DNA of 64,000 nt, taken from Candidatus Poribacteria bacterium. Its GTDB lineage: Bacteria; Poribacteria; WGA-4E; PCPOR2b. The DNA is taken from positions 2,400,001-2,464,000 of the forward strand of contig OZ240245.1 in the NCBI GenBank assembly GCA_965198175.1, written 5' to 3'. Each line of letters opens with the position of its first letter. Within the stretch, counting starts at the first letter, position 1. The position numbers and the translations under genes are program-made. Under the pieces are notes generated by a model. That model had not been told where the DNA came from. It ran no database searches and saw nothing but the letters and a program-made list of their open reading frames with translations. This document shows, piece by piece, positions 20,986 to 32,377 of this stretch.

Positions 20986-22320
20986 ATGAAATATCATGCG
21001 TGGTTTCAATGCAGTGAGGGCTGTGACGAAAAGTACCCGCTCAATGAAGTCATTTATCGTTGCCGAGCGTGCAATGGCTTATTAGAGGTTAAACACGACA
21101 TAGACCGCTTAAGGCATCGAAACGCCGCCGCGTGGAAGGAGTTGTTTAATGAGCGGTATATGAGAACGCAATACCCCTATGGCAGCAGCGTCTGGGGCAA
21201 AAAAGAGTTGGTTTGTCCGCATATTGATGATGAAAATGTGGTTTCAATGTATGAAGGAGGCACCAATCTCTTTTGGGCTGAGCGGTTTGGCAAAGAGATA
21301 GGTCTTTCTAATCTCTGGATAAAGCAGTGTGGAAACAGTCATACAGGCTCCTTCAAAGACTTAGGGATGACTGTTTTGGTTTCCATGGTGAAGCAGGTGA
21401 TAAAAGGAGGCGGCGACATCCGCGTGGTTATGTGCGCTTCTACGGGTGACACCTCCGCTTCACTGGCAGCTTATGCAGCAGCAGCAGGCATTCCGGCGGT
21501 TATTCTTTTGCCACAGGACAAAGTGTCCCACGCACAACTCATTCAGCCGATTGCCAACGGGGCAATTACGCTTGCCTTAGAAACGGATTTCGATGGCTGC
21601 ATGGCGGTTGTCCAAAAGCTTGCGGAGAGGAAGGATTTTTACCTGGCAAACTCAATAAATTCTCTACGGATTGAAGGGCAGAAAACAATCTCCATTGAGA
21701 TAGTCCAGCAGTTTGACTGGGAAGCACCAGATTGGGTCATCATTCCGGGGGGTAATTTGGGAAATGTAACAGCACTTGGATTGGGGTTTTTAATCATGCG
21801 AGATTTAGGGATTATCAATAGACTACCACGCATTGCTTGCGCTCAATCCGCCAAAGCGAATCCTTTGTACCAAAGTTACCTGAAACATTTCAAGACGTTT
21901 GACCCGGTTACGGCGCAGTCAACGATTGCAACAGCGATTCGAATTGGTCATCCTGTTTCCGTGAAAAAGGCGATAAAGGTATTAAAACAGTTCGACGGAA
22001 TTGTGGAGCAAGCAACGGAGGACGAGTTAGCAAATGCCGTAGCCAGGGCAGATCGAACAGGGTTATTCAACTGTCCTCATACAGGGGTTGCTCTCGCAGT
22101 GCTGCTGAAAATGGTAGAAAGCAGGCTAATTCAACGCGATGATCGGGTTATCGTTATCTCGACAGCCAACGGACTCAAGTTCCCGGAGTTTAAGATTGAT
22201 TACCACCAAAGCAAATTGAAAGAAGTTCAGCCTCAACATGTTAACTCACCGACAACACTCGAACCAAACTATGACACGGTGATGAAAACGATTACCCATC
22301 AACTGAAAGCCTTGAACTAA
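20986..22320 (+). CDS. thrC: Threonine synthase
   Basis: HTGSFKDLGM (PLP lysine), CASTGDTSAS, PGGNLGN; N-terminal CxxxC/CxxC. Confidence 0.92.
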   Translation: MKYHAWFQCSEGCDEKYPLNEVIYRCRACNGLLEVKHDIDRLRHRNAAAWKELFNERYMRTQYPYGSSVWGKKELVCPHIDDENVVSMYEGGTNLFWAERFGKEIGLSNLWIKQCGNSHTGSFKDLGMTVLVSMVKQVIKGGGDIRVVMCASTGDTSASLAAYAAAAGIPAVILLPQDKVSHAQLIQPIANGAITLALETDFDGCMAVVQKLAERKDFYLANSINSLRIEGQKTISIEIVQQFDWEAPDWVIIPGGNLGNVTALGLGFLIMRDLGIINRLPRIACAQSAKANPLYQSYLKHFKTFDPVTAQSTIATAIRIGHPVSVKKAIKVLKQFDGIVEQATEDELANAVARADRTGLFNCPHTGVALAVLLKMVESRLIQRDDRVIVISTANGLKFPEFKIDYHQSKLKEVQPQHVNSPTTLEPNYDTVMKTITHQLKALN

Positions 22321-22359
22321 TGAGTGAGGGCCTCCAAATATTCTGTTTCTCATCGTTCC

Positions 22360-24354
22360 CTATATTTTTAACGCTTTCTTCCCTGCTTCTAGCGTTTTGA
22401 TGATTGCCTCAACGTCATAGACGCATCCGCCCCATGTTCCACCGCCAATGCTCTGAAGCGCAGCCCACAGGCGGGTATCCCCCGGCAGCATCTCGTCGGG
22501 AGCGAGGTCTGGACGTGGTAATCTTTCCGCTAAAACTCGCGCTCCTTCTTCTGGCCCAAAGGTAGTATAACCATGACCGACCAAATCTACGCTCCCTTCC
22601 AGCCGATTTCGATCGATGACAATTTGAATAAGATCGCCGTTGATTACCTTGCCGATAGGACCATCAGCCAACGCTTCAGGTCCAATGTGTCCGATACATG
22701 CGCCGGTTGACACACCGGAGAATCGGGCATCAGTAATCAGGGCGATATGTTTACCGAAGGAGAGGTGCTTAAGAGCAGCAGTAATTTGATATACCTCTTC
22801 CATGCCAGTGCCCATTGGTCCTCGGCAGCAAAGCACCATCACCTCTCCCGGTCTGATTTGGTCTTGGTCTCCACGCTTAATCGCGCGAATTGCGTCGCGT
22901 TCCCGAACAAAGACACGCGCAGCACCAGTCATACGATAGACGCCGTCGGGATCAACAACGCTCGAATCGATAGCGGTACTTTTGATTACCGATCCTTCAG
23001 GTGCAAGGTTGCCGCGCGGAAATGCGAGGGTACTCGTCAGTCCACGCTTCTGCGCAGTATTAGGATTCATAATTACATCGTCTGGATGGACGCCATCACT
23101 TTCCATCAGCAAAACCCGCAGCCGTTGACGTCGCTCAGACTTTTCCCACCAATCAAGGTTCCGCCCAAGGGTTTCGCCCGTCGCGGTGATAACATCTTCG
23201 TTGAGCACACCTAGGTCCCGTAAACGAAGCATCACTTCAGGAACACCACCCGCGAGAAAAACGCGGACCGTTGGATGTCCGACAGGTCCATTTGGAAGCA
23301 CATCCACAAGACGGGGTGTTTGGCGGTTGACACGAGTCCAATCTTCGATGTTGGGGCGATCTAATCCCGCTGCGTGAGCAATCGCAGGAATGTGTAGGAG
23401 CAAGTTTGTAGAACCCCCGAAAGCGGCATGAACAACCATCGCGTTTTGAATTGCTTCGTCGGTGAGGATGGTTCGCATCGTGATGCCTTTTGCTTCGAGG
23501 TTGACGAGAGCGCGCGCCGATCGCTTTGCCATATCCAACCAAATCGCTTGCCCTGAAGGCGCGAGGGCTGCGTGAGTGAGCGTCATGCCCAAAGCCTCTC
23601 CGACGACCTGCGAGGTTGCAGCCGTGCCTAAGAATTGACACCCGCCCCCCGGCGTCGCACACGCTTTGCACCCGAGGTCGGAGGCATCCTGCAAAGAAAT
23701 CTCACCGTGTGCGAAACGCGCACCAATCGTCTGAATCTTGCCCGCATCCTCACCTTCAATGGGTGGCAGTGTTACGCCGCCCGGCACTAATATACATGCT
23801 AGATTGGACATTGCCGCAAGCGCTATCATTGTCGCGGGTAGCCCCTTATCGCAGGTTGCCACGCCCATCACCCCTTTGCGTGTCGGCAGCGATCGAATGA
23901 GCCGACGGAAAATTTGTGCAGCGTCGTTGCGGAATGCTAGGCTATCCATCATACCAACTGTGCCCTGTGTACGCCCATCACAGGGATCTGAGCAATAACC
24001 CGCAAATGGAATCGCGCCCAGCGATTTAAGCTCGCTTGCAGCAGCTTGCATCAACAAGCCTACTTCCCAATGCCCTGTATGATATCCAAGCGCGATTGGT
24101 GTCCCATCGGATGCACGGATACCGCCTTGTGTGCTCAGAATTAGAAACTGTTTCCGATTCAATTCAGCGGGCGACCACCCCATACCTACATTCTGGCTCA
24201 GCGCAAAAACATCGCCGCTCGGCAAATTGAGAAGCATTTCCTCCGTGAGTGGTAAACTGCCCTGGGGTCCAGAGGCATTCGTCTGACATGTGTAGATCGC
24301 GGCGTCGTCGGAAGCAACAATTTTGTCAAATTCGATGATTCCAGTCGAAACCAT
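22360..24354 (-). CDS. YjhG/YagF family D-xylonate dehydratase (IlvD/Edd family)
   Basis: [36 protein letters not shown]. Confidence 0.9.
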   Translation of the reverse strand: MVSTGIIEFDKIVASDDAAIYTCQTNASGPQGSLPLTEEMLLNLPSGDVFALSQNVGMGWSPAELNRKQFLILSTQGGIRASDGTPIALGYHTGHWEVGLLMQAAASELKSLGAIPFAGYCSDPCDGRTQGTVGMMDSLAFRNDAAQIFRRLIRSLPTRKGVMGVATCDKGLPATMIALAAMSNLACILVPGGVTLPPIEGEDAGKIQTIGARFAHGEISLQDASDLGCKACATPGGGCQFLGTAATSQVVGEALGMTLTHAALAPSGQAIWLDMAKRSARALVNLEAKGITMRTILTDEAIQNAMVVHAAFGGSTNLLLHIPAIAHAAGLDRPNIEDWTRVNRQTPRLVDVLPNGPVGHPTVRVFLAGGVPEVMLRLRDLGVLNEDVITATGETLGRNLDWWEKSERRQRLRVLLMESDGVHPDDVIMNPNTAQKRGLTSTLAFPRGNLAPEGSVIKSTAIDSSVVDPDGVYRMTGAARVFVRERDAIRAIKRGDQDQIRPGEVMVLCCRGPMGTGMEEVYQITAALKHLSFGKHIALITDARFSGVSTGACIGHIGPEALADGPIGKVINGDLIQIVIDRNRLEGSVDLVGHGYTTFGPEEGARVLAERLPRPDLAPDEMLPGDTRLWAALQSIGGGTWGGCVYDVEAIIKTLEAGKKALKI

Positions 24355-25002
24355 ACTCTTCTTCCCCTTTTCCTGTTTTCATCGTCAGTTTCATGATGCA
24401 TTCGATAGCGTAGATTGTCTCCACCGTTACCTTTAGCTGTCCGGACCCAATAATGGGTTGTCAACACGGTTCCCAAGCTTCCTATGATAACGATTCAGAG
24501 TTTTTTGGGCTAGACTTCTCGGGGCGCCTTTATTGACATATTTTCAGCCGTGCAGGTTCGTGGAGGTGTGCGGCTTTGGTTTGATTGCGTCCAAGATGTC
24601 TGTATTTCGGCGATCGAGAATACCCATAGCATCTCGATTCCTATCGCTACAACGTTCTAATCGAATACCTGAACCTGTTTATCCGGACATTGAACTGTCA
24701 GATGCTAAAGATTATCAGAATTTTCCCTCTCATGTCAAATCAATCGTCCAAAATGTCTGTGAAACATGAAGGCTATGACGTATCAAGCGACTTACATTTC
24801 AACTTAGCAATTAATCGCAATCTGACGTGCCAATTTGCATGACATGGCACAAAATAGCGCACTTATCCATGCTTAACAAGGTAACTACTTGGAGTTTTGC
24901 CGAATCCAACAGCCAATATTGAGATCCACGCTCTACCTCCAAACTGAGCCATGCACATGCGTCCGTAGTGAGGTGCCGCGTTAGAGAGCACAAACAATTT
25001 GC

Positions 25003-25031
25003 TTGACAAAGTTGGCTGATAGTGATAACAT
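25003..25031 (+). promoter_or_regulatory. sigma70-type promoter
   Basis: TTGACA-N17-TAACAT with extended -10 TG. Confidence 0.55.
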
Positions 25032-25435
25032 TACAAAGTTTTGGGGCAGGCGGATACTGAGTGGGGAATGGGATGAATGTGGGCACGTTGTCAGTTGTCG
25101 AACATGGACTGATAATCGTCAAGGATAAGCACGGGGATTTGGTTTTCCTATCATTGAGAAACAAGAGGTATGGGGTTGCTTGGCTATCAAAAGGATATGA
25201 GGGAAGATGAGCGACTAGGAAAAAAAATAGATAGTATGCCCTAACCTTATATGTCCCTTGTGTTCATAAATGAAAGAAAAACGAATCATCAGGGATTTCT
25301 AAGTGACGCAGCGTTTTCCGCAGAGAATAGAGATATGAACCCTAATTAACGATTTCTGTCCTGTGCACTCTGCGCCAACTAATACTTTGTAAATGGATAT
25401 TTTTCGGACAGAAATCACGCGGCAATTTCATTTCA

Positions 25436-25632
25436 GATTACCTCCAACGGGGCTGTTTACAAAGGGTCTGGCTGTACCCCCCAAATCTATCGTGGAGCAT
25501 TGTTGCCGTATTGTCCATACAATTGCGTTGGAGTGAAAATAGGCAAATTCCGATTTGAACCGAGATTGCTTTTTAAGAACATATGCCTTAAAATGCCTAT
25601 TATCACACTGGTGGTAGTAGGCATTTTTTTTC
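25436..25632 (+). promoter_or_regulatory. Candidate cis-regulatory RNA leader (riboswitch/attenuator)
   Basis: Closing stem 25442-25449/25526-25533, antiterminator strand 25533-25545, terminator 25591-25631 directly before the RBS. Confidence 0.65.
25591..25631 (+). terminator. Intrinsic terminator in the 5' leader of the thrC-like gene
   Basis: AAATGCCTATTATCAC-actg-GTGGTAGTAGGCATTT fully paired with two U-G wobbles, which are valid only on the + strand; ends in a T-tract. Confidence 0.8.
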
Positions 25633-25655
25633 ACGGTTTCAGATAGGAGAAAAAA

Positions 25656-26891
25656 ATGGAAGAAAAAGTATTTGGATTGAAGTGTCGTGAATGTGAGAGA
25701 AAATATCCTAAAGAGCCCATTCACGTTTGCGAATTCTGTTTTGGCCCGCTCGAAGTGGATTACAACTATGCAACTATTCAGAAATCCATTTCGCGGAAAT
25801 CCATTGAACGAGGTCCTGTCAACCTCTGGCGATATATCGATCTGTTGCCTATTGATGGTGAACCTACCGATGGATTGAACACCGGCTTCACACCGCTGAT
25901 TCGTGCGAAAAATTTGGAGGCTGCCTTCGGCGTCAAGGAATTGTATATCAAGGATGACTCCGTGTGTCACCCCACGCTTTCCTTCAAAGATCGAGTGGTT
26001 GCCGTGACACTGAGCAAGGCGAAGGAGTTTGGGTTCGATACTGTTGCATGTGCTTCGACCGGGAACCTCGCCAACTCTGTCGCCGCGAACGCGGCGGTCG
26101 CCAATTTTGACTGTTTCATCTTTATCCCTGCCGACCTCGAAATGGCGAAAATCGTCGCATCGCTGGTTTACGCGCCTACGGTGGTCGGTATTATGGGAAC
26201 ATATGACGATGTCAACCGGCTCTGTAGCGAGATTGCGGGTGTATATCCGTGGGCATTTGCCAACATCAACACCCGTCCATTCTACGCCGAGGGGTCGAAA
26301 ACTTTTTGTTATGAAATCATTGAGCAACTCGACTGGAAAACGCCGGATCACATTATTGTGCCGGCGGCAGGCGGCTCGCTTGTCACAAAAGTGGGCAAAG
26401 CGCTGAAGGAATTTCACCTGCTAGGATTGATTGATGAGCCAAAAACGAAGATTCATGTAGCACAAGCTGAAGGCTGTGGGCCAATTGTCACAACGCTGAA
26501 GGAAAATAGCGATTTCGTCAAACCGGTACGAAAGCCAAGTAGCATTGCCAAGTCCCTGGCGATTGGAAATCCTGCCGACGGAATATATGCCGCCGCAACA
26601 GTACGAAATTCGGGCGGTTATGGAGAACATGCAACCGATGAGGAGATTGTCGACGCCATCAAACTCCTCGCAGCAGCCGAAGGAATCTTCACGGAGACAG
26701 CAGGCGGTGTCACCCTCGCAGCGACGCAGAAGTTGATCGAGAGTGGGCGCATCAATCGGGACGATTGCATCGTTATTGGCATCACGGGGAACGGACTAAA
26801 AACCATCGAAGCCCTCGACGGCAAGGTTCCAGAAACGCATGTCATCCAACCGCAATTGAATGTGTTTCGGAAATTGATGAAAACACTTTAA
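25656..26891 (+). CDS. Threonine synthase family PLP enzyme (second paralogue)
   Basis: PTLSFKDR, CASTGNLA, N-terminal CREC..CEFC, ETAGG, TGNGLK. Confidence 0.9.
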   Translation: MEEKVFGLKCRECERKYPKEPIHVCEFCFGPLEVDYNYATIQKSISRKSIERGPVNLWRYIDLLPIDGEPTDGLNTGFTPLIRAKNLEAAFGVKELYIKDDSVCHPTLSFKDRVVAVTLSKAKEFGFDTVACASTGNLANSVAANAAVANFDCFIFIPADLEMAKIVASLVYAPTVVGIMGTYDDVNRLCSEIAGVYPWAFANINTRPFYAEGSKTFCYEIIEQLDWKTPDHIIVPAAGGSLVTKVGKALKEFHLLGLIDEPKTKIHVAQAEGCGPIVTTLKENSDFVKPVRKPSSIAKSLAIGNPADGIYAAATVRNSGGYGEHATDEEIVDAIKLLAAAEGIFTETAGGVTLAATQKLIESGRINRDDCIVIGITGNGLKTIEALDGKVPETHVIQPQLNVFRKLMKTL

Positions 26892-26907
26892 TTCTCAGTC
26901 TACAAAA

Positions 26908-29175
26908 ATGGAAACACTTAGTGGCATTCTAGAACGCATCGTTTTTGAAAATACCGAAACAGGATACACGATTGCAAGACTTTCTTCGCGTGAGTATCCG
27001 GGTGAATTGATCACGGTCGTGGGGAATGTTGCGTCTGCCAACGCGGGAGAAAGCCTTCTACTCAAGGGGTGGTGGGGCAACAATCCGAAATACGGCAGAC
27101 AGTTTCAGATTGACTCGTATGAAACAGCATTGCCTGCGACGATTGTGGGATTGAGGAAATATCTGGGCTCCGGGCTCATCAAAGGCATTGGACCCGTGAT
27201 GGCAACACGGATTGTGACCCATTTTGGCATGGACGCCATGGAGGTCATTGAGAAATCGCCTGAAAAGCTAAAGTCGGTTCCCGGAATAGGTAAAAAACGC
27301 GTAGATATGATTGTGCGCGCGTGGGAGGCACAGCGTGAAATCAAAAATGTGATGCTCTTTTTGCAATCCCACAACGTGAGTACAACTCACGCTGCCAAGA
27401 TTTACAAGACCTACGAGAATGAAGCCATTCCAATTGTCCGTGAAAACCCTTATCGTCTTGCCGATGACATCTACGGGATTGGATTCAAAACAGCGGACAC
27501 AGTCGCTCAGAAACTCGGCGTAGATACTGAATCCCCCAATCGTGTCAAGGCGGGAATCAAATATGTCCTGAGCGAAAAAGCTGACGATGGTCATGTCTTC
27601 CTGTATCACGATGAATTAATCTCTGCGTGTCAGGACATTCTCAACCTCTCATCTGATGCCATTGAGAGTGCTATCATAGAGCTCACCGAGAAAAAGGAAC
27701 TCATTACAGAAAATATCATGCCGTTCGATTCCATACAATGCCAAAAAAGCGTCTATCTCGCACCCTTTTACTATGCCGAAATCGGCGTCGCCAAACGGCT
27801 AGTCAGGTTACTCAATGGGGATTTCCCTCAGCCGAATCTCGATTCTCCCGGTTCCGTTGATTGTTCCATAAATCAGATTGAGAAAAGTATGGGCATGTGT
27901 TTCGCTGAAAATCAGCGGGAAGCCATCAGAACAGCGTTAACGAGTCGCGTCACTATCTTGACGGGTGGACCAGGCACCGGAAAAACAACGACCACGATTG
28001 GCATGCTTCGTCTGTTCGAGGCACTTGGGATGCAAGTTGTGTTAGCCGCCCCGACAGGACGTGCAGCCAAACGCCTGAGTGAAACAACCGGACGTGAAGC
28101 AAAAACCATCCACCGCTTGCTGGAGTTCTCTCCGCAAGAAAATAGATTCAAACACGATTGGAATAATCCGCTGGAGGCAGATGTAGTGATTATTGATGAG
28201 ATGTCAATGGTCGATCTTGTGTTGATGAATAGTCTCATGAAAGCAGTACCACCGCTCGCAACCTTGATTATTATCGGTGATGCTGATCAACTACCATCAG
28301 TGGGTGCGGGAAGTGTCCTGAAAGATCTCATCGCCTCTGGACAGATTACCACCGTGAGGCTGACAAAGATTTTCCGTCAAGCACAACAGAGCATGATTGT
28401 CATGAATGCGCATCGTATCAATCGGGGTGAATTTCCTCAAGTTGCCGGTCCAACGGACCGCAATTTCTTCTTCATTGAGGAAGAAGATCCAGAGACTGCG
28501 GTTGAACTCATCTGCGACCTTGTACACCGGCGATTACCCCAACACTACGACTATCACCCGATGGACGACATTCAGGTGTTATGCCCGATGCGGCGTGGCG
28601 TCATTGGATCTGAAAACTTCAACAAGCAGTTGCAGGAGAAACTCAACGGAAATCCTGAGGAGGTCATTCGAGGCGGTCGATCTTTCCGCATCGGGGACAA
28701 AGTGATGCAGGTTCGCAACAATTACGATTACGAAGTTTTCAATGGGGATATTGGGCGAATCACGGATGTAGATACCGTTGAGAGGTTGGTTACAATCACA
28801 TTTGCTGAAAAGGTCGTCGCTTACGATATGGCAGATTTAAACGAACTAGTGCTGGCGTATGGCATAACAGTCCACAAGTCACAGGGCAGCGAGTATCCCG
28901 CAATCGTCATCCCGCTCATGGCACAGCACTACATGATGCTGCAGCGCAATCTACTTTACACTGCTATCACACGGGCTAAGGAACTCGTTTTGGTTGTTGG
29001 GACGAAAAAAGCGCTCGGCATAGCGATTCGCAATAACAAAGTATCTGAACGAAATACGTATCTCGCTGAAAGACTTCAAGCATTGCCCCACCAGGAATCG
29101 GATATCCCTGTGAGTTATCTAGAAGAAAACGGCTGGCTCCTTCCGAATTTGCATACCCCATTCAATTCACAGTAA
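26908..29175 (+). CDS. recD2: ATP-dependent RecD-like DNA helicase
   Basis: N-terminal OB/HhH region (LIKGIGP), TGGPGTGKT, APTGRAAKR, DEMSM, TVHKSQGSE. Confidence 0.95.
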   Translation: METLSGILERIVFENTETGYTIARLSSREYPGELITVVGNVASANAGESLLLKGWWGNNPKYGRQFQIDSYETALPATIVGLRKYLGSGLIKGIGPVMATRIVTHFGMDAMEVIEKSPEKLKSVPGIGKKRVDMIVRAWEAQREIKNVMLFLQSHNVSTTHAAKIYKTYENEAIPIVRENPYRLADDIYGIGFKTADTVAQKLGVDTESPNRVKAGIKYVLSEKADDGHVFLYHDELISACQDILNLSSDAIESAIIELTEKKELITENIMPFDSIQCQKSVYLAPFYYAEIGVAKRLVRLLNGDFPQPNLDSPGSVDCSINQIEKSMGMCFAENQREAIRTALTSRVTILTGGPGTGKTTTTIGMLRLFEALGMQVVLAAPTGRAAKRLSETTGREAKTIHRLLEFSPQENRFKHDWNNPLEADVVIIDEMSMVDLVLMNSLMKAVPPLATLIIIGDADQLPSVGAGSVLKDLIASGQITTVRLTKIFRQAQQSMIVMNAHRINRGEFPQVAGPTDRNFFFIEEEDPETAVELICDLVHRRLPQHYDYHPMDDIQVLCPMRRGVIGSENFNKQLQEKLNGNPEEVIRGGRSFRIGDKVMQVRNNYDYEVFNGDIGRITDVDTVERLVTITFAEKVVAYDMADLNELVLAYGITVHKSQGSEYPAIVIPLMAQHYMMLQRNLLYTAITRAKELVLVVGTKKALGIAIRNNKVSERNTYLAERLQALPHQESDIPVSYLEENGWLLPNLHTPFNSQ

Positions 29176-29323
29176 TCCCTGTCAATATTCCTGTTGTGTC
29201 AAGTCTTTTCGCTGCTAAGGTGGTCGTGAGATTGGTGTTTGGAATTACAAGACTCTATTGACAGTTGAAGCCTTCGAAAGGCTTGTAACCGTTCGGTTTC
29301 AAATCTATAATTTGGAGAATTGC

Positions 29324-30706
29324 ATGAACTACAACAACCTATATTTACAAATTGACCGTCAGATGGTTGGTGACATCTACACATCACGCGAGGTGATGGA
29401 TAACCTCACGGTATTGTGCGACGACTTCGGATCTCGTTTTGCAGGCACACCAGAGGAACGGAAGGCTGCCGAGTTTATTGCCGAAACTTTCAGACGCTAC
29501 GGACTCAAGGATGTGCGGTTGGAATCCTACTCTTACGCGGGATGGTCCCGCGGGGGTGGAACGTGCGAAATTGTTGAGCCAATCCAAAAGTCACTGCACT
29601 ACATCTCACTACCGTATTGCCCTGCGAGCGAGATAACGGGGGAACTGGTATCTGTTGGCTACGGCAGTCCCGGAGAATATAATCAATTGGGCGAGACCAT
29701 GACGGGAAGCATCGTTATGGCAGGTAGTGCTTCGAAGCCCGGTTTGGGCAGATGGGTGCACCGAAAGGAAAAATATGAGCGTGCTGTGCTCGGCGGCGCA
29801 AGTGCGTTCCTCTTCATTAGCGAAAATCCTGGGGTGGGCCCTGAGACCGGCAGTCTGCAAGATGACTGTCCCGCGCCAATTCCGGGCATTTCAATCTGCA
29901 AGGAAGATGGTGAGTTCCTCCAGCGACTGATGGACCGAAACGAGCGTGTGCGGCTGCGAATCTGTACTACCGATGTCAACGAGCCGCGAACATCGTGGAA
30001 CATCATCGCGGACTTGCCCGGAAGGGAATACCCAGACGAGATGGTAATTCTTGGCTGTCACTACGACGGACATGACATCTCACAGGGCGCTGTGGATCCG
30101 GCGTCTGGAATGGTACTTGTAATGGAAGCTGCGCGTGTGATAGCGTTGTATGCGGGCGACCGGATTAAGCGAACTATTAGGTTTATAGCCTTTGGCACGG
30201 AAGAAATTGGACTTACAGGCTCGTTTCGATACGTGGATGCCCATGTAGGCGAACTCGATAACGTGCGGTTTGTTTTCAACCTTGATGCGGCTGGCGGATC
30301 AAGCCGGAAGGGAGTAGTGCTGCATCAGTGGTTGGAGCTGGAACCCTTCTTCTGTCAAGCTGCAAAAGAGATGGCGGCTGAAATCCCTGTTGGTCAAAAG
30401 GTGCATCCATACTCCGATCACTTTCCCTTTTTCCTGAAAGGTGTGCCGACAGGTCATATGGGCGACCCTGAATCCGCACCCGCAGGTAGGGGATTCGGAC
30501 ACACTGCGTATGACACCCTCGACAAGGTAGAGCTTGTGAACCTTCGTGCGGGAAGTTCAATTGCAGCGCGGTTGGCGTTGCGGATAGCTGATACTCAGGA
30601 CTTTCCAGTCCAACGCCGCAGTGTTGATTCGGTACAGGAGCTGCTCGACAGCGATGCCGGTTTGGAAGGGTACCGAGTCGCGGTGGAGTTAAAGAAGCGC
30701 CTGTAG
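29324..30706 (+). CDS. M28 family metallopeptidase with PA domain
   Basis: GCHYDG, GAVDPASG, GTEEIGL, SDH, GHTAYDTLDKV; no evident signal peptide. Confidence 0.88.
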   Translation: MNYNNLYLQIDRQMVGDIYTSREVMDNLTVLCDDFGSRFAGTPEERKAAEFIAETFRRYGLKDVRLESYSYAGWSRGGGTCEIVEPIQKSLHYISLPYCPASEITGELVSVGYGSPGEYNQLGETMTGSIVMAGSASKPGLGRWVHRKEKYERAVLGGASAFLFISENPGVGPETGSLQDDCPAPIPGISICKEDGEFLQRLMDRNERVRLRICTTDVNEPRTSWNIIADLPGREYPDEMVILGCHYDGHDISQGAVDPASGMVLVMEAARVIALYAGDRIKRTIRFIAFGTEEIGLTGSFRYVDAHVGELDNVRFVFNLDAAGGSSRKGVVLHQWLELEPFFCQAAKEMAAEIPVGQKVHPYSDHFPFFLKGVPTGHMGDPESAPAGRGFGHTAYDTLDKVELVNLRAGSSIAARLALRIADTQDFPVQRRSVDSVQELLDSDAGLEGYRVAVELKKRL

Positions 30707-30778
30707 CATAAGAGATAAAGACACCCAAACCACTCTCCGAAGAACATTCAATAGATAGTCAGAAGGAGCGCAATTATC

Positions 30779-31792
30779 ATGACCACTACAGAGCCCGTCC
30801 AGACTGCGTTCATTGGATGCGGTGATATGGGCCGCAACCATATCCGATCCATGTTGCGACAGTTGGATACAACCCACATCACCGTAGTCTGTGAACCATC
30901 GCAGGCGGCTTACGACAAGACGATCGGCCTTTTCAAGCAGGAAAATCTAGAACCGCCGCCGAATCAACCCGACCTTGAGCGGCTTCTAGTGGAGCATGGG
31001 AACCGTCTTGACGCGGTCTTTATTGTCACCCCACACGCTTATCACCACAATCAGGTCAAGTCGTGCATGGAGGCAGGGCTTGATGTCTTGGTCGAGAAAC
31101 CGATGGTAATGAACGCTGGCGAGGCTCAGAGCCTGATTGAGGCTCGAGATCGCACGGGAAAGCTGCTGGTGGTAGCTTTCCCCGGCAGCCTTTCGCCGGA
31201 GATTCGCACCGCGGTCAGCATGCTCCGTTCGGGAGAGTTTGGTCAAATCTTGACTATCAGCGCGGTGGCGTGGCAAAATTGGGGTACAGCCTTTACGGGA
31301 ACATGGCGACAGCAGCTTGAGGTTTCAGGTGGCGGCTTTCTGTTCGACACAGGAGCGCACATGTTGAACACTGTAGTTGATTTGGCTGGCGAAGACTTCG
31401 TTGAGGTCGCAGCTTGGTTAGACAACCGTAAACTGTCGGTCGACCTACTGGGAACGGTGATGGGGCGCCTAGCCTCCGGTGTACTGGTCACGCTGCATGG
31501 ATGTGGAGAGACCATTCCCTCATGTGCATCCGATGTGCGGGTTTTTTGCCCCAAAGCTATCCTACGCACGGGTATCTGGGGTGAGCGGTTGGAGATTCAG
31601 CGCCCCGGACAAGACGAGCTAAGTGCGGTTGAGGTGCCACCATCACTGGGAGCGTGGGAGCAATTTTTGGCTGTCCGCAAAGGGCAGATGCAAAATCCTT
31701 GTCCACCCGAGGTAGGTTTGCGCATGTCACTACTCTGGGATGCCATAAAGGCGTCTGCTTCGCAGAATGGGATGTTGGTGCAGTGTGGCTGA
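30779..31792 (+). CDS. Gfo/Idh/MocA family oxidoreductase
   Basis: [24 protein letters not shown]. Confidence 0.92.
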   Translation: MTTTEPVQTAFIGCGDMGRNHIRSMLRQLDTTHITVVCEPSQAAYDKTIGLFKQENLEPPPNQPDLERLLVEHGNRLDAVFIVTPHAYHHNQVKSCMEAGLDVLVEKPMVMNAGEAQSLIEARDRTGKLLVVAFPGSLSPEIRTAVSMLRSGEFGQILTISAVAWQNWGTAFTGTWRQQLEVSGGGFLFDTGAHMLNTVVDLAGEDFVEVAAWLDNRKLSVDLLGTVMGRLASGVLVTLHGCGETIPSCASDVRVFCPKAILRTGIWGERLEIQRPGQDELSAVEVPPSLGAWEQFLAVRKGQMQNPCPPEVGLRMSLLWDAIKASASQNGMLVQCG

Positions 31793-31944
31793 GATGATAC
31801 ACTTGTGGAATAGGTAGCTATTTAAAAAAGCGCGAGAAACTGATTAGATACTCGCCTCGCTACTTTCGATGGACTTGTTATATCGAACTCCCGTAACTCA
31901 GGCTTCGGCAACCGATCCATGCAAAATATTGAGAGGGTGAAAGT

Positions 31945-32286
31945 ATGAAAGAGAAATTACCCGATTTTCTTGAAAGGGTGATTGCAGAATATCCCAGCGT
32001 GTGGAAATCCTATCAAAATCTGGGCGAAGCGTGCAACAACGCGGGTCCGCTTGATGAGAAAACGACGAGATTGGTCAAACTTGCCTTGGCGATTGGTGCG
32101 AAATCAGAGGGTGCAGTGCGTTCGCATACGCGCCGCGCGTTAAAGGGTGGGATAACACGCGAGGAACTGCAACAGGTAGCAGTGCTTGCGATAACATCAG
32201 TCGGTTGGTCAGCGAGCATGGCTGCTCTTTCTTGGATTCAAGATGTCATAGACAAAAGTGGGGTTGAAAAGGCAACCGATCAATAA
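31945..32286 (+). CDS. Carboxymuconolactone decarboxylase (CMD/AhpD-like) family protein
   Basis: GPLDEKTTRLVKLALAIG...HTRRAL..GITREEL; no CxxC. Confidence 0.85.
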   Translation: MKEKLPDFLERVIAEYPSVWKSYQNLGEACNNAGPLDEKTTRLVKLALAIGAKSEGAVRSHTRRALKGGITREELQQVAVLAITSVGWSASMAALSWIQDVIDKSGVEKATDQ

Positions 32287-32377
32287 GTCGGAAAGAACTA
32301 CCCCTTTTGGAATAGGGAATACCAAATTGTATTGGCGGTAAGCGCGTAATTCATGCAAGCGACATGTGCTTATTGCG

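Noticed and set aside
25450..25520. Minus-strand GGCAAC...GCCAGACC resembling SAM/SAH riboswitch fragments
   Set aside because: Other consensus elements are missing and the terminator's G-U pairs indicate the + strand; left unassigned pending an Rfam search.
25428..26417. 329-aa antisense ORF
   Set aside because: It lies opposite a clear PLP-enzyme gene and has no recognisable motifs.
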